In this document: positions 1-9,693 of the stretch, piece by piece
How positions within the stretch are numbered: position 1 is the first letter of the stretch
How the letters are laid out: each line of letters begins with the position of its first letter
Origin: a virus
Taxonomy: Duplodnaviria; Caudoviricetes
Virus record (IMG/VR): IMGVR_UViG_3300032225_002102
Span: 1 to 64,000 of that record
Length of the DNA: 64,000 nt
Reading direction: 5' to 3' (one strand)
Notes under the pieces: model-generated
Databases searched by the model: none
What the model was told of the DNA's origin: nothing
Seen by the model: the letters and a program-made list of their open reading frames with translations, nothing else
Program-made: the position numbers and the translations under genes

Positions 1-510
1 TTCTTCTGCAAACTTACTTGAAATTCTACCTAAATTAGAAGTAGCACTATCTTCTCCTGGAATAAAACTTCCATCATTAATCATATCATAGATGGAAGTA
101 AATGCAGTAGCAAATCCTATACCCAAGTTAGCACCTGTTACTTTTGTATCATTCCATAATCTATCCCAATATGATTGTGTTTGAGCAGCATATTGCTCCA
201 TTGAACCAGATTGTATGCCAGCTAAACTAACATCTACATCTTTATATTTACTTGTATCTATTCCTATAGTTATAGGAGCTGCAATATTAGGAGTATAATT
301 AACTCCTGTTGGAGTATTATTAATTCTATCTGCAATTTGATCTAATGTTTCTGATTCCGTTAAAGCAACATTTTCATTTACTCTTGTATATTGAGGAAGT
401 GTTGTTTTAAATTCTGTAAATATATTATTTAAATTACTTTCTGGTAATTTTGTTTCTGGTAGTACTGTAGCTAATGGTAAATCTTCTACATATTGATAAT
501 TCTCTTCCAT
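1..510 (-). CDS. N-terminus of a large ejected/cargo protein (partial, runs off the window)
   Basis: Not in ORF track. ATG at 510-508 overlaps the stop of the upstream gene (TAATG). Open to position 1: MEENYQYVEDLPL...QYAAQTQSYWDRLWND...GANLGIGFATAF. Position after two cargo genes matches the giant ejection-protein slot of crAss-like phages. Confidence 0.7.
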   Translation of the reverse strand, partial: MEENYQYVEDLPLATVLPETKLPESNLNNIFTEFKTTLPQYTRVNENVALTESETLDQIADRINNTPTGVNYTPNIAAPITIGIDTSKYKDVDVSLAGIQSGSMEQYAAQTQSYWDRLWNDTKVTGANLGIGFATAFTSIYDMINDGSFIPGEDSATSNLGRISSKFAEE

Positions 511-2915
511 TATTTAATTCTTGTTAATAAATCAATAAAAATATTAAATGTTTCTTGTTCTAATTGAGCAACAGAGGGTTGTTTGTTTTGTTTAGTAAAT
601 TTATCTGTTGCTTGTTGTTTAGCAGCTATTGCATATTGATTTATTTTAGCATGAATATCTGCTGTTGAATTTACACTAAATGAATAAGGTTTTCCTTTAA
701 TATTTAAACTTACATCATATATATAATCTTTACGAGAATCTCCAGCTGAAGGAATTGGATCTTTTACATTTGTAATTTGGTATTCTAATATTGTACCTTT
801 GGGTACATTTTTTGCTTTATTTGTATCAACATAAAAAACTTGATTTTTAATTAATTTTAAATATTCTGTGTTATTAGGCTGTTTAATAAAATAATCTACT
901 TCTGTATTTGGTTTATTAATATTATTTATCATATCGTTCCAACCAAGTGTTCTCATCTTAGTAGTAAAATCAGGACTAACTTTAATTAATACTTTTTCTT
1001 TACTTAAAGGTTCTCCTTTAGAATTCTTTGGTATTATTTCTACTGTTGAATTTTCTACATTAAAAGTACCTTTTCCTGATTTCTCCCAATCTATATTTTC
1101 TAATATTTTTACTCCTTCATTTGCTCCTCTAAAATTATTATCAAATACTTTTCCATCTTTAGTTAATATTTTTCCAATTCTTAATTCTGGCACTAGAGTA
1201 TTAAATATTGGTTTGCTATCTTTATCTAAGTTATTTAAAAAATCTAATGGAATTCCTCTTTTAAATGTTGTTTCTCCATAAAGAGCTTTATAACTTTCAT
1301 TATATTTAGCAGGATCTTTTCCAGTAATTTTTACTAAATCATCTTCTTGTTTTTTATTTAAATTGAAGAGTAAAGTTTTTTCTTTAATTTGATTTATAAT
1401 TCTCATTGATCCTTCAGCAGTTGCTCCATTTTCTAATCTATCACCACTCATTGACGATAACATATTTGCAGATGCAAGAATTGATTTCATTGTTTTAATA
1501 CCATATAATTTAGTGTTTAAATCTGGGTATTTTTCTAAAACTGTTTTTAATTTAGGATTACTTAAAGAGTTTTCATACATAATTTTAACTAAGTCTTTTT
1601 GTAAACCCATCATTTCATTATACATACCAACTCTTTTCTTTCTGTTCTCATTATAATAATCTATGTTTTGTCCTTTAGTATCTTCTAAAATCGTTTGTTC
1701 AGGTTTTAATCCTGTTTGATTATCTGCTATTGGAGAACTTGATTTTTTACCAGTAGAATTTTTACCATAAATACCAACTAACTTTTCATCTAAATCTCCT
1801 TGATTTTGAAGAGTTATTTTTGCAATTTCCATTTCATACTTTCTAGCATCTGATAATACATCCATTTCATTTTCTGCTGAAAGTTTCATCATACTAGCTT
1901 TAAATTGGAAATCAAGTTTTGATTGATCACTCATTTCTATTTTACTCATATATGAATAACCTTTTGAAGATTGTTGAATAGCTGTATTTTGCATATAAGC
2001 ATTTAAACCTATATTCTTAATTTGATTTACATCTTCTCCTTTTTTTACTAAATCTTGATTTTGTTTAATACTTTCTAATTTATTATCATACGCTGCAATT
2101 TCATTATCATAAATATTAGGTTTACTTGAAGTTGTTTTTGCTACTTCTAATTCTGTTTTTTTATTTTTAAAATAATTATATTGTGTGCCAAGTAAACTAT
2201 CAATATCTTTTATTGCTTGTATTGGATTTTTTTCTAAATTATACTTAACCCCAAATGTTTTTATAAAGTACCCAGAATTTTTATTTACAATATCTTGTCC
2301 ATTCTGATATAATAATCCTTGATCTTTAATTGTGTTTGTTACAACATTTTCTCCTATTATATTAATTTGTTTTCTTTCAGCAATAGTTTTAAACCCTTCA
2401 TCTAATTGTTTTTGTATATTAGGATTTATAGAAGCATGTTGTTGAGTAAATTTACCTCCTGGGTTATTAAGATATTTTAGCATTTCTTCTTGATCTGCTT
2501 GATATAAATCTGGATCATATAAATCTTTAAACTTGGGATTAGTAAGCATTAAGTTTTGTTCTTTCTGTATATTTCTAATATTAGAAGAACTAACAATACT
2601 ATCAGATATTCTAGTATCTTGCTTAACTTCCCCTAACATTGATTGAAGTTGATATGCTGTATTAGGATCTGATAAATCTACATCTTTAAAACTATTAAGA
2701 TTATCTACAACATTTTTTACCTTCTCATTGAAATATTGTCTATCATCTTCCTTCATTATATCAACATTATTTGCAAAATTGCTCAATGTAGATTGTAATG
2801 CACCACGAGTTTGTTGAATCTTTTCTGATTTATATTGAATAGCTTTAGCAAAAAAATCAAAACCCAAATCTGCTATAGGTTCTACTTTTGCTAATTTTGA
2901 ATATTGAGAAATCAT
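510..2915 (-). CDS. Virion cargo/ejection protein, 801 aa, helical
   Basis: Long helical ORF. Synteny downstream of muzzle and other cargo genes as in crAss-like phages. Confidence 0.6.
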   Translation of the reverse strand: MISQYSKLAKVEPIADLGFDFFAKAIQYKSEKIQQTRGALQSTLSNFANNVDIMKEDDRQYFNEKVKNVVDNLNSFKDVDLSDPNTAYQLQSMLGEVKQDTRISDSIVSSSNIRNIQKEQNLMLTNPKFKDLYDPDLYQADQEEMLKYLNNPGGKFTQQHASINPNIQKQLDEGFKTIAERKQINIIGENVVTNTIKDQGLLYQNGQDIVNKNSGYFIKTFGVKYNLEKNPIQAIKDIDSLLGTQYNYFKNKKTELEVAKTTSSKPNIYDNEIAAYDNKLESIKQNQDLVKKGEDVNQIKNIGLNAYMQNTAIQQSSKGYSYMSKIEMSDQSKLDFQFKASMMKLSAENEMDVLSDARKYEMEIAKITLQNQGDLDEKLVGIYGKNSTGKKSSSPIADNQTGLKPEQTILEDTKGQNIDYYNENRKKRVGMYNEMMGLQKDLVKIMYENSLSNPKLKTVLEKYPDLNTKLYGIKTMKSILASANMLSSMSGDRLENGATAEGSMRIINQIKEKTLLFNLNKKQEDDLVKITGKDPAKYNESYKALYGETTFKRGIPLDFLNNLDKDSKPIFNTLVPELRIGKILTKDGKVFDNNFRGANEGVKILENIDWEKSGKGTFNVENSTVEIIPKNSKGEPLSKEKVLIKVSPDFTTKMRTLGWNDMINNINKPNTEVDYFIKQPNNTEYLKLIKNQVFYVDTNKAKNVPKGTILEYQITNVKDPIPSAGDSRKDYIYDVSLNIKGKPYSFSVNSTADIHAKINQYAIAAKQQATDKFTKQNKQPSVAQLEQETFNIFIDLLTRIK

Positions 2916-3061
2916 GTTATTAACATTTTTTATTAATTTTACTAAATTACTTGTAAAGTAAAATAATTAATTTTATATTACCAATTTTTAATATTAATTA
3001 TTAAACAACGTTAATTTTAATCTTTTAGGTAAAAATTACAACAATTTAAAACTGGTATTAA

Positions 3062-3284
3062 TAGCAATAGCTAGTGCATAGTACCCCTCTACTAAATTTA
3101 TTTTGCTTGTACTATTTGCCACTGAAGCTTTATTTCAATAGGGGAACTCAAAATTTAGAAAAGCAACTGATTATACAGTTTTCTTGAAGAAGTTGTTCAG
3201 GGGTCTTACTTTATCTGAACCAACCAGTTATCTCAGTGGAAGTTTAGTAGAAGAAGCTCAACCCTACTAATAAGCTAAATGCTA
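3062..3284. ncRNA. Candidate multi-stem structured RNA/DNA element
   Basis: Complementary pairs: ATAGTAC 3078-84/GTACTAT 3109-15; CCACTGA 3119-25/TCAGTGG 3233-39; AACTG-attata-CAGTT; GTTCAG/CTGAAC; TCTACTAAA 3088-96/TTTAGTAGA 3243-51; closing TAGCA/TGCTA. No ORF. Confidence 0.4.
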
Positions 3285-3334
3285 ATTAATAAGTTTAAGT
3301 ATATACTATAAGAACGTAGATTACTGGTAACATA

Positions 3335-3367
3335 AAAAATCCTACTTAAAAGATTAAGCAGGATTTT
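3335..3367 (-). terminator. Intrinsic terminator hairpin
   Basis: AAAATCCTACTTAA-aaga-TTAAGCAGGATTTT; U-tract on the minus strand. Confidence 0.6.
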
Positions 3368-3484
3368 ACTTTGTTTCCCCCGCATAAGAAATTTTTTACC
3401 AGAAAACTACTTAGGGGAAAATATGTATGAAAAAGAAGGAAAAAATTCTTATTTTATTTTTCTTATTATAATTTTCTGGTAGCA

Positions 3485-3516
3485 CAAAACTACACAGAAA
3501 AAATATAAGAAACAAG
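3485..3516 (-). promoter_or_regulatory. Bacteroidota sigma-A-type promoter
   Basis: Minus strand CTTG-N20-TAGTTTTG. A second copy CTTG-N20-TAATTTTG lies at 3555-3586. Confidence 0.55.
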
Positions 3517-3659
3517 AAAAACTTTAAATTTGTTGATGATGTGTTATTGTATAGCAAAATTAATAAAAAAAATTAATTTATACAAGTTATTTATCAATTA
3601 ATTATTTAATCTGTTTAATATAATTCTTTTGTATCTTTACAGCATAAAATAAAAGAATA

Positions 3660-4085
3660 ATGAAGAGATGTAGTAAGTGTAAATTAGAAAAACATTTAGA
3701 TCAATTTCATAAAAATAAAAGTAAAAAAGATGGTTTACATAATTACTGTAAAGAATGTAATCAGATAAGAAAAAAAAATACTTATGATTATGATAAATCT
3801 AAAACCTCATATTTAAAAAATAAATACAATTTAACTAATGAAGAATTAGAAAGTTTATTTCTTAATCAAAATAAAAAATGCAAAATATGTAAAACTGAAT
3901 ATTCAACAGTATCTAAACATAAAGGTTTATATATTGATCATTGTCATAAAACAGGAGATGTAAGAGGTTTATTGTGTAATAATTGCAATGTTATTCTTGG
4001 TAATTCTAACGATGATATTTCAATATTATTAGCAGCTGTTGATTATTTAATTGATTATAAAAAATCCTACCTGAATATCAAGTAG
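3660..4085 (+). CDS. Endonuclease VII-type HNH homing endonuclease
   Basis: N-terminal CxxC zinc motifs; IDHCHKTGDVRGLLCNNCN signature. Confidence 0.9.
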   Translation: MKRCSKCKLEKHLDQFHKNKSKKDGLHNYCKECNQIRKKNTYDYDKSKTSYLKNKYNLTNEELESLFLNQNKKCKICKTEYSTVSKHKGLYIDHCHKTGDVRGLLCNNCNVILGNSNDDISILLAAVDYLIDYKKSYLNIK

Positions 4086-4091
4086 GATTTA
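4060..4091. terminator. Bidirectional terminator between convergent genes
   Basis: AAAATCCTAC-ctgaatatcaa-GTAGGATTTT with A/T tracts on both sides. Confidence 0.6.
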
Positions 4092-4110
4092 TGACATAAT
4101 AAACAAAAAA

Positions 4111-6846
4111 TCAAGTGTACTTCTTTTTGAAGAAAGAATTAATACTACCTCCTGCTTGTGCTACTACTTTTTCAGCAGCTTGTTTCTTTTTATTTTCATA
4201 AGCTTTTCTTAAAGCTTCTGCTTCTTCTGGTGTTTTAGCTTGTGCAATAGCATAATACAATTTCATATAATCTTTATCCATATCAAATCCTTGTCTCCCA
4301 CTAAGTAAATCTAAAGGATTATTGGTTTTCATCATTCCTGGTGTCATAGCAGCTAATGAGTTAAAATCATTCATACTCTTGATTTTTGAATTTCTCATTC
4401 TATCTAAATCACCTAAAGCACTTCCCATCATCTCATCTTTCTGTGCTTGTGCTTGTTGCATAGCTTGCATATACTGTTGATTAGCTGCTATATTCAACTG
4501 TTGTTCTTGATTGTATGCATTTACTCTTCCTGCTTCATTTTGAGCTGCTATTTGAGCATTTTTCTGTTGAATATCATTAAGTACATCAATTGTTTTCTTT
4601 TGTGTTTGAGAATCAATATTACTTACAAAAGCTTGTCCTGTTGGACTATTAGTATTTATATTTTGAGTTGCTAATCTTCTTTGATTATATAGTTCCTGAA
4701 CAATAGGTAAAGGATCTAGCATTGGTGTTTCAGCATATTTTAAATTTATACTAGGTCTATATTGTGATGCTAATGGTTCACTCGCTTTCATCAAGTTATA
4801 CATAGGAGCTAGATTACTTTGTCTGTTATTAAAACTATATTCTGCTTTCTTACCATATTTATCTAGAAACTGTTGAAACTTAGATTTCTTTTTTGCTTCT
4901 TCATTTGATACAGGAGTATCTCCATAAGTTATTTTTAATCCTAAGTTATCTAATCCAAATCTATTTGCATAATTTCCTAAATCTAACAATTGATCAGAAC
5001 TTCTACCAGCAAACATTTGTTGAGTAAAGTTTCCTATAGGAGAAGTTTTCCCCATATCAAATTGTTGTTCTGTAGAATTTCCAATTGAAGGGAGTAATTT
5101 AGTTCTGTAATCATTAGTTCCATAGCGTTTCATATTAGTTTCAGCACCAATATTCATATCGTAATTAGCATCTAATCTTGGATTAAAACCAATAGATTTA
5201 AACTTAGGTGCTACATACCCAGCTTGTTGCATATAGTTATCTCCACCATGTTGTTTAAAGAATCTTTTACCAACTCCAATATTAGTTCTATCAAAAGCAT
5301 ATAAATTAGGATTTTCTGATTCTACATTATTATACGTAGGTCTTTTTATGTTGATTACTCTTTCCTCTTCTGGTATATAATAATTACCTAAATCCATTAA
5401 AGGAATTTCAAATTGATAATTATTATTTACCATTTCAGGTATTTCAGTTGGTACTGGTGGTGGTTGTAATATAAATGGTTTTTCTTTTTCAGCTAATGCT
5501 GTTTTTGTTTTTTTATCTGGTAATTTTATTTTAGGTTTATCTTGATTTGTTGGAGTTGTTTGTTTCTTTACAATTTTAAAATTCTTACCTCCATCAGTAC
5601 TTAACCATTCATTTCCATCAGAACCTATATATCTACCTTTTTCAGTAGAAAGTTCTTTCATTTCTATAGGTTTACCTGTACTACCTCCTCTAATTATAGG
5701 AGAATCAGATTTATTTTCTTGAGATAAATCTGAATATTCAATGTTTCTAGGATAACCAAAAAAAACATCTGAAAATACAATACCAGATTCTTTTTTAGGT
5801 ACTGCTCTACTGTTTATATAATCAAAATTATCTGGAGTTAATCTATTTAAATTTTTTGTTTTAACATCTAACTCTTTTATTGCATCTTTATAATCTTTAA
5901 GTTTTAATTGTAAATTAGGATCATTTGGATTTTTTAAAATAAAAGGTAATCCTAATCTAATATTATCTTTTAAACTATTAATTTTTCCTAATTCTTTATT
6001 ATAAAATTCTTTTACTCTAGCTATTTTTATTTGATTTTCTGAAGTTTGTTTTTCTTTACTTAATTTTTGTAATTGAAGATCTCTTTCTTTTTTTTGTTTA
6101 TTTAATGAAATTTCTACTTGTTGTAATTGTTTTGTTAAATCATTAACTCCTGTACCACTTTGTGCATAAACAGGTTCTTCAACTACAAAATCCCCATCAA
6201 ATTTATATTCTCCACCCTGATCCATATATTGTACATTACCTAAATTATCAGTACCTTTTATGTATTGAATATCAGGTCGTACACCTTTCATAGTTATACG
6301 ATTACTTGGGATTATATTATAGGGATTATTAGAAGATTCGTATCCTTCTAAATAACCAGTGTTATTTACATATCCACCATCTTTCATTTGTTGTGGTTTT
6401 TGCATTTGCATTTGTCCACCTTGCAACTGCTGAACAATTTGCTGCAATGCTTGTTGTTGTTCTTCAGGTTTCATTTGTTGAAACTGTTGAAAAATAACAT
6501 TTGGATCTTCACCTATAGAACTCGCATACGCTTGTAATATCTGCTGAATCTTTTGAGGATTGATTCCTCCTTGTTGCATCATAGGTTGAACTTCTTGTTG
6601 TTCCATTAGTTCTTCCTGTGGTTCATTTTCAACTTCTTGTTCTCCTTGTTCTTGTTGTACTATTTGGATTGCTTGTTGAACAAATGCTTGCTGTTCTTCT
6701 GGAGTTAACTCCATAAACATCTGCATAACTTCTTCAGCAGTGTTAAATTCATCATCTTGCACTATATCTGCAAATGCTTGAAATAACTGCATTAGTTGTT
6801 CCTCTTGTCCTTCTGCTTGTCCACCTTCTTGATAATATATATTCAT
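4111..6846 (-). CDS. Modular virion cargo protein, 911 aa, with QxGG-delimited segments
   Basis: Two Gln-rich helical repeats, an IIPSNRITMKGV module, coiled-coil C-terminus; about 9 QxGG-like motifs; crAss-like cargo position. Confidence 0.65.
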   Translation of the reverse strand: MNIYYQEGGQAEGQEEQLMQLFQAFADIVQDDEFNTAEEVMQMFMELTPEEQQAFVQQAIQIVQQEQGEQEVENEPQEELMEQQEVQPMMQQGGINPQKIQQILQAYASSIGEDPNVIFQQFQQMKPEEQQQALQQIVQQLQGGQMQMQKPQQMKDGGYVNNTGYLEGYESSNNPYNIIPSNRITMKGVRPDIQYIKGTDNLGNVQYMDQGGEYKFDGDFVVEEPVYAQSGTGVNDLTKQLQQVEISLNKQKKERDLQLQKLSKEKQTSENQIKIARVKEFYNKELGKINSLKDNIRLGLPFILKNPNDPNLQLKLKDYKDAIKELDVKTKNLNRLTPDNFDYINSRAVPKKESGIVFSDVFFGYPRNIEYSDLSQENKSDSPIIRGGSTGKPIEMKELSTEKGRYIGSDGNEWLSTDGGKNFKIVKKQTTPTNQDKPKIKLPDKKTKTALAEKEKPFILQPPPVPTEIPEMVNNNYQFEIPLMDLGNYYIPEEERVINIKRPTYNNVESENPNLYAFDRTNIGVGKRFFKQHGGDNYMQQAGYVAPKFKSIGFNPRLDANYDMNIGAETNMKRYGTNDYRTKLLPSIGNSTEQQFDMGKTSPIGNFTQQMFAGRSSDQLLDLGNYANRFGLDNLGLKITYGDTPVSNEEAKKKSKFQQFLDKYGKKAEYSFNNRQSNLAPMYNLMKASEPLASQYRPSINLKYAETPMLDPLPIVQELYNQRRLATQNINTNSPTGQAFVSNIDSQTQKKTIDVLNDIQQKNAQIAAQNEAGRVNAYNQEQQLNIAANQQYMQAMQQAQAQKDEMMGSALGDLDRMRNSKIKSMNDFNSLAAMTPGMMKTNNPLDLLSGRQGFDMDKDYMKLYYAIAQAKTPEEAEALRKAYENKKKQAAEKVVAQAGGSINSFFKKKYT

Positions 6847-6899
6847 TTCATTATTATTTTACAAAAAAAGTAACCCCCTATTTCTAGGAGGTTTTCTAA

Positions 6900-7004
6900 T
6901 TACTTCATTTTCTTACCACCTGTTTGATACATAGTAGCAGATGGTTTTGCTGGCATAGGTTTTGCTGCAGGTTTTTTAACCATTGGTTTTTTTGTCATTT
7001 TCAT
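6900..7004 (-). CDS. 34-aa Lys/Pro/Met-rich basic peptide carrying YQTGG
   Basis: Not in ORF track. MKMTKKPMVKKPAAKPMPAKPSATMYQTGGKKMK*. Start coupled by TAATG to the orphan ferritin tail; hairpin follows near 6872-6892. Confidence 0.65.
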   Translation of the reverse strand: MKMTKKPMVKKPAAKPMPAKPSATMYQTGGKKMK

Positions 7005-7084
7005 TACTTCAAAAATTTAAGTTTATAAATTATTTTCTCTAACCCACTGATACTTTCTTGTAACATATTATCTATTTCATCATA
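7004..7084 (-). pseudogene. Orphan duplicate of the 3' end of the ferritin-like gene
   Basis: Translates YDEIDNMLQESISGLEKIIYKLKFLK*, versus YDEIDNKLQEFVGELDKIMYKLKFLK* at the end of 8060..8452. Confidence 0.8.
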
Positions 7085-8060
7085 AGTTGGAGCTCACCAA
7101 TTCTAAATCTATTTTACTAAAACATTCATACATACCTCCAAATTTAATTTTAGGTAAATATTTAAATTCTTTATGAGAATGTTGAAGTAAATGTTCTAAT
7201 TTACATATATTAAAACTCTCATCTGTTATTTCTTTTAATATTTTATAATTATAAGGCATAGTTGCTTTGTTTAGAAATCTATTTTTAATTTTTTTAAAAC
7301 TTTTGCCAATTTTATAAAATTCTTCTTCTTCATTCCAACATTTAATTATATATACTTTAAAAGAATCAAAGTTTTTAGATTGTAAACCTTGTTTTGTCCA
7401 TTGAGAATCTGACCAAGTATTAAAAATATTATCAAGAGATAATTGAGTTTTAATAATTCCACATTTTTTACATCCTACTCCACTTAAATGACTATCAGCA
7501 GTTTGTTCAAATATACCATGTTCTTTACATAATATTTTAACTTTTAAACGTGCTTTTACATATTTTACTAAAGAATAATCATATTTGTTTTTATGAATTA
7601 ATAAAGATTTATTAATAAAAGTTTCTGTATCATAATTATTTTTAATACTTACTGTTTCTTTACCACATAAAGTACAACCACTTCCTCTTAAATGTAAATC
7701 AGGTGTTTGAAAAAAAGTTATATTATGTTTATTACATTTAATTTTTACTTTGTTTTTACATCCATTATATTCTACTAAATCATAATTATATTTATCTTTA
7801 TGTATTTTTTTAGCATTTACAATAAAATTTAATAAACTAGTTCTTTGTTTAGTAATTGATGATTCTGTTCCACAAACTTTACAACCATAACCATATAAAT
7901 GATTTTCTGGAGTTTGATTAAATACACCATGTATTTTACAAATTATTTGAACTTTTTCTCCTGATTTTTTATAATCAACTTTTTCATAACTATATTTATC
8001 GTTATGGACTTTGATAGCTTTGCTAATAAACTTTTCTGTGTTACTTAATTTTGTACACAT
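7080..8060 (-). CDS. Free-standing homing endonuclease (3 zinc-ribbon repeats plus GIY-YIG/T5orf172-like domain)
   Basis: Three repeats KVxIxCxxHxxFxQTxxxHLxGxGCxxCG; C-terminal VYII...FYKIGKS...GGMYECF. Confidence 0.8.
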   Translation of the reverse strand: MCTKLSNTEKFISKAIKVHNDKYSYEKVDYKKSGEKVQIICKIHGVFNQTPENHLYGYGCKVCGTESSITKQRTSLLNFIVNAKKIHKDKYNYDLVEYNGCKNKVKIKCNKHNITFFQTPDLHLRGSGCTLCGKETVSIKNNYDTETFINKSLLIHKNKYDYSLVKYVKARLKVKILCKEHGIFEQTADSHLSGVGCKKCGIIKTQLSLDNIFNTWSDSQWTKQGLQSKNFDSFKVYIIKCWNEEEEFYKIGKSFKKIKNRFLNKATMPYNYKILKEITDESFNICKLEHLLQHSHKEFKYLPKIKFGGMYECFSKIDLELVSSNL

Positions 8061-8452
8061 TATTTAAGAAACTTCAATTTGTACATTATTTTATCTAACT
8101 CTCCAACAAATTCTTGAAGTTTATTATCAATTTCATCGTAATCACTACTTAACATAGAACGATAACTATTAATTTTGTTTATAACTTCTTTAATAGGAGT
8201 TATAGGTTCTTCTAAATTTTTAAATGAATAAGATTTAAAATCTTTTAAAATCATTTGTTCTTTACCTTGTACATATTCTATGAAAGTATCATAAAATCCA
8301 TCTGCAAGTTCATAAAATTCTTCAAAAGCTAAATGTTGAGAAAGAGATAAAGATTGTGTATGAAAAATCCTACCTTGTGCTAATATATGTAAAAAATAAC
8401 TTGCTAAATCAATATGATTTGGTTTAGTTTTTGGTTTGATTTCGATAGCCAT
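8060..8452 (-). CDS. Ferritin/Dps-like four-helix protein (DUF5856-like)
   Basis: IFHTQ..SQHLAFEEFYE...DTFIEYVQG and C-terminal IMYKLKFL, typical of phage ferritin-like proteins. Confidence 0.75.
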   Translation of the reverse strand: MAIEIKPKTKPNHIDLASYFLHILAQGRIFHTQSLSLSQHLAFEEFYELADGFYDTFIEYVQGKEQMILKDFKSYSFKNLEEPITPIKEVINKINSYRSMLSSDYDEIDNKLQEFVGELDKIMYKLKFLK

Positions 8453-8532
8453 TGTTAAAACAATTAAATTTGCAACAAAAGAAACAAATAATATTTGAAA
8501 TTACAAAAATTAATATTTAATATTAAATTTAT

Positions 8533-8563
8533 TTTGTAGTTACTACATTTGTTACTACATTTG
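8533..8563 (+). promoter_or_regulatory. Bacteroidota promoter overlapped by a palindrome and tandem repeat
   Basis: TTTG(8533-36)-N19-TACATTTG(8556-63); GTTACTACATTT x2; palindrome TGTAGT-T-ACTACA 8535-8547. Confidence 0.7.
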
Positions 8564-8587
8564 TATTATAAATAAAACAATAATAAA

Positions 8588-8860
8588 ATGTATAAAAGAG
8601 AATTTCCAACTGATCTTGCTACTATCATTAAATTAGGAGATAGTAATTTTTCTACTTATGAACATGATTTAGAACTTATTATGTGGGATACTATATTAAT
8701 AAAAGAAAAAGGTATTTATCACAAGTATGATTTAGAATCAGCTTTAAAATTTCCTTGTAAAGCTATTAGAGAAGATATAGAAGATTATATGTGTTTAAAA
8801 ATATATAACGATAAACAAATTTTAGATAAATATAATGAAAACAGAAATATTAAGAATTAG
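8588..8860 (+). CDS. Hypothetical protein
   Basis: First ORF after the promoter, A-rich leader. Confidence 0.6.
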   Translation: MYKREFPTDLATIIKLGDSNFSTYEHDLELIMWDTILIKEKGIYHKYDLESALKFPCKAIREDIEDYMCLKIYNDKQILDKYNENRNIKN

Positions 8861-8960
8861 AATTGATTATGAATTAAAACAAAGAGTTAAAGAAAAAATT
8901 ACAGAAGGTAAAATCTCTGAATATATTAGGAATTTAATTTTAAATAATTTAAATAAATAA
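8835..8960 (+). CDS. 41-aa ribbon-helix-helix-like DNA-binding protein
   Basis: Not in ORF track. MKTEILRIRIDYELKQRVKEKITEGKISEYIRNLILNNLNK*: alternating beta strand, helix, G-x-x-SEYIR helix. Confidence 0.65.
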   Translation: MKTEILRIRIDYELKQRVKEKITEGKISEYIRNLILNNLNK

Positions 8961-8964
8961 CAAA

Positions 8965-9309
8965 ATGAAAAAGAAAAAAGTAACTCAAAAAGAAAATGAA
9001 TGGAAAGGTGTTTTGCAACAAGAAACTCCTATTTTTTATCAAGAATCAAAACCTAATATAACTCCTGATAGTTATAATCCTACAACTACAAAAGGAAGTG
9101 ATTTTGATATAGATAAAAAAAATATCAATGTAGGTGTAAATAAAGATTGGAATAAGATTACTCCTGTTAAAAATAAAAGAGTTTGTTTTTTTAATACTTT
9201 TTCAACATATTGGCACTTAATCCCTTCTGTTGCCGTACATTTAACTTTTAAAGAAATAGAAATAAATTGGTTATGTTTTGCAGTTTTAATTAGTTTTAAA
9301 AAAAATTAA
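8965..9309 (+). CDS. Hypothetical protein
   Basis: ORF in plus-strand island. Confidence 0.55.
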   Translation: MKKKKVTQKENEWKGVLQQETPIFYQESKPNITPDSYNPTTTKGSDFDIDKKNINVGVNKDWNKITPVKNKRVCFFNTFSTYWHLIPSVAVHLTFKEIEINWLCFAVLISFKKN

Positions 9310-9483
9310 AATCATGTTAGGTAAAGAAGAAATTAAACAAAGATTAAATCGTACAATCGAATTAATGTTAGATACTATAACTGAAAAAATAAATGAAGAA
9401 TGTAACACTAACATACGGAAATAAAAATTGGTTTAGTTATCAAAACCTTTTGAAATATTATACTTATGTAGAAAGAACTTATT

Positions 9484-9693
9484 ATGCAGATTGAATTTAA
9501 AATAACAGTAGATTCTACTGAACAGATTGAACTACTTCCTTATACTAATGCAATAGAAAGAGATTCTTTTCTTTTTGAATTATTTAATAATTTTAAAAGA
9601 AAATGGAAGTATGAAGAAAAAGATCCTACATTAGAAGAAGTAATGGAAGAAATATTTGAGTTAAAAAATAAATATAAAGTTATTATTGAATAA
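9484..9693 (+). CDS. Hypothetical protein
   Basis: Last ORF of plus-strand island. Confidence 0.55.
   Translation: MQIEFKITVDSTEQIELLPYTNAIERDSFLFELFNNFKRKWKYEEKDPTLEEVMEEIFELKNKYKVIIE

Noticed and set aside
7080-8060. Group I intron around the endonuclease
   Set aside because: The host gene is complete upstream and no room remains for an intron core; same for the two GIY-YIG genes.
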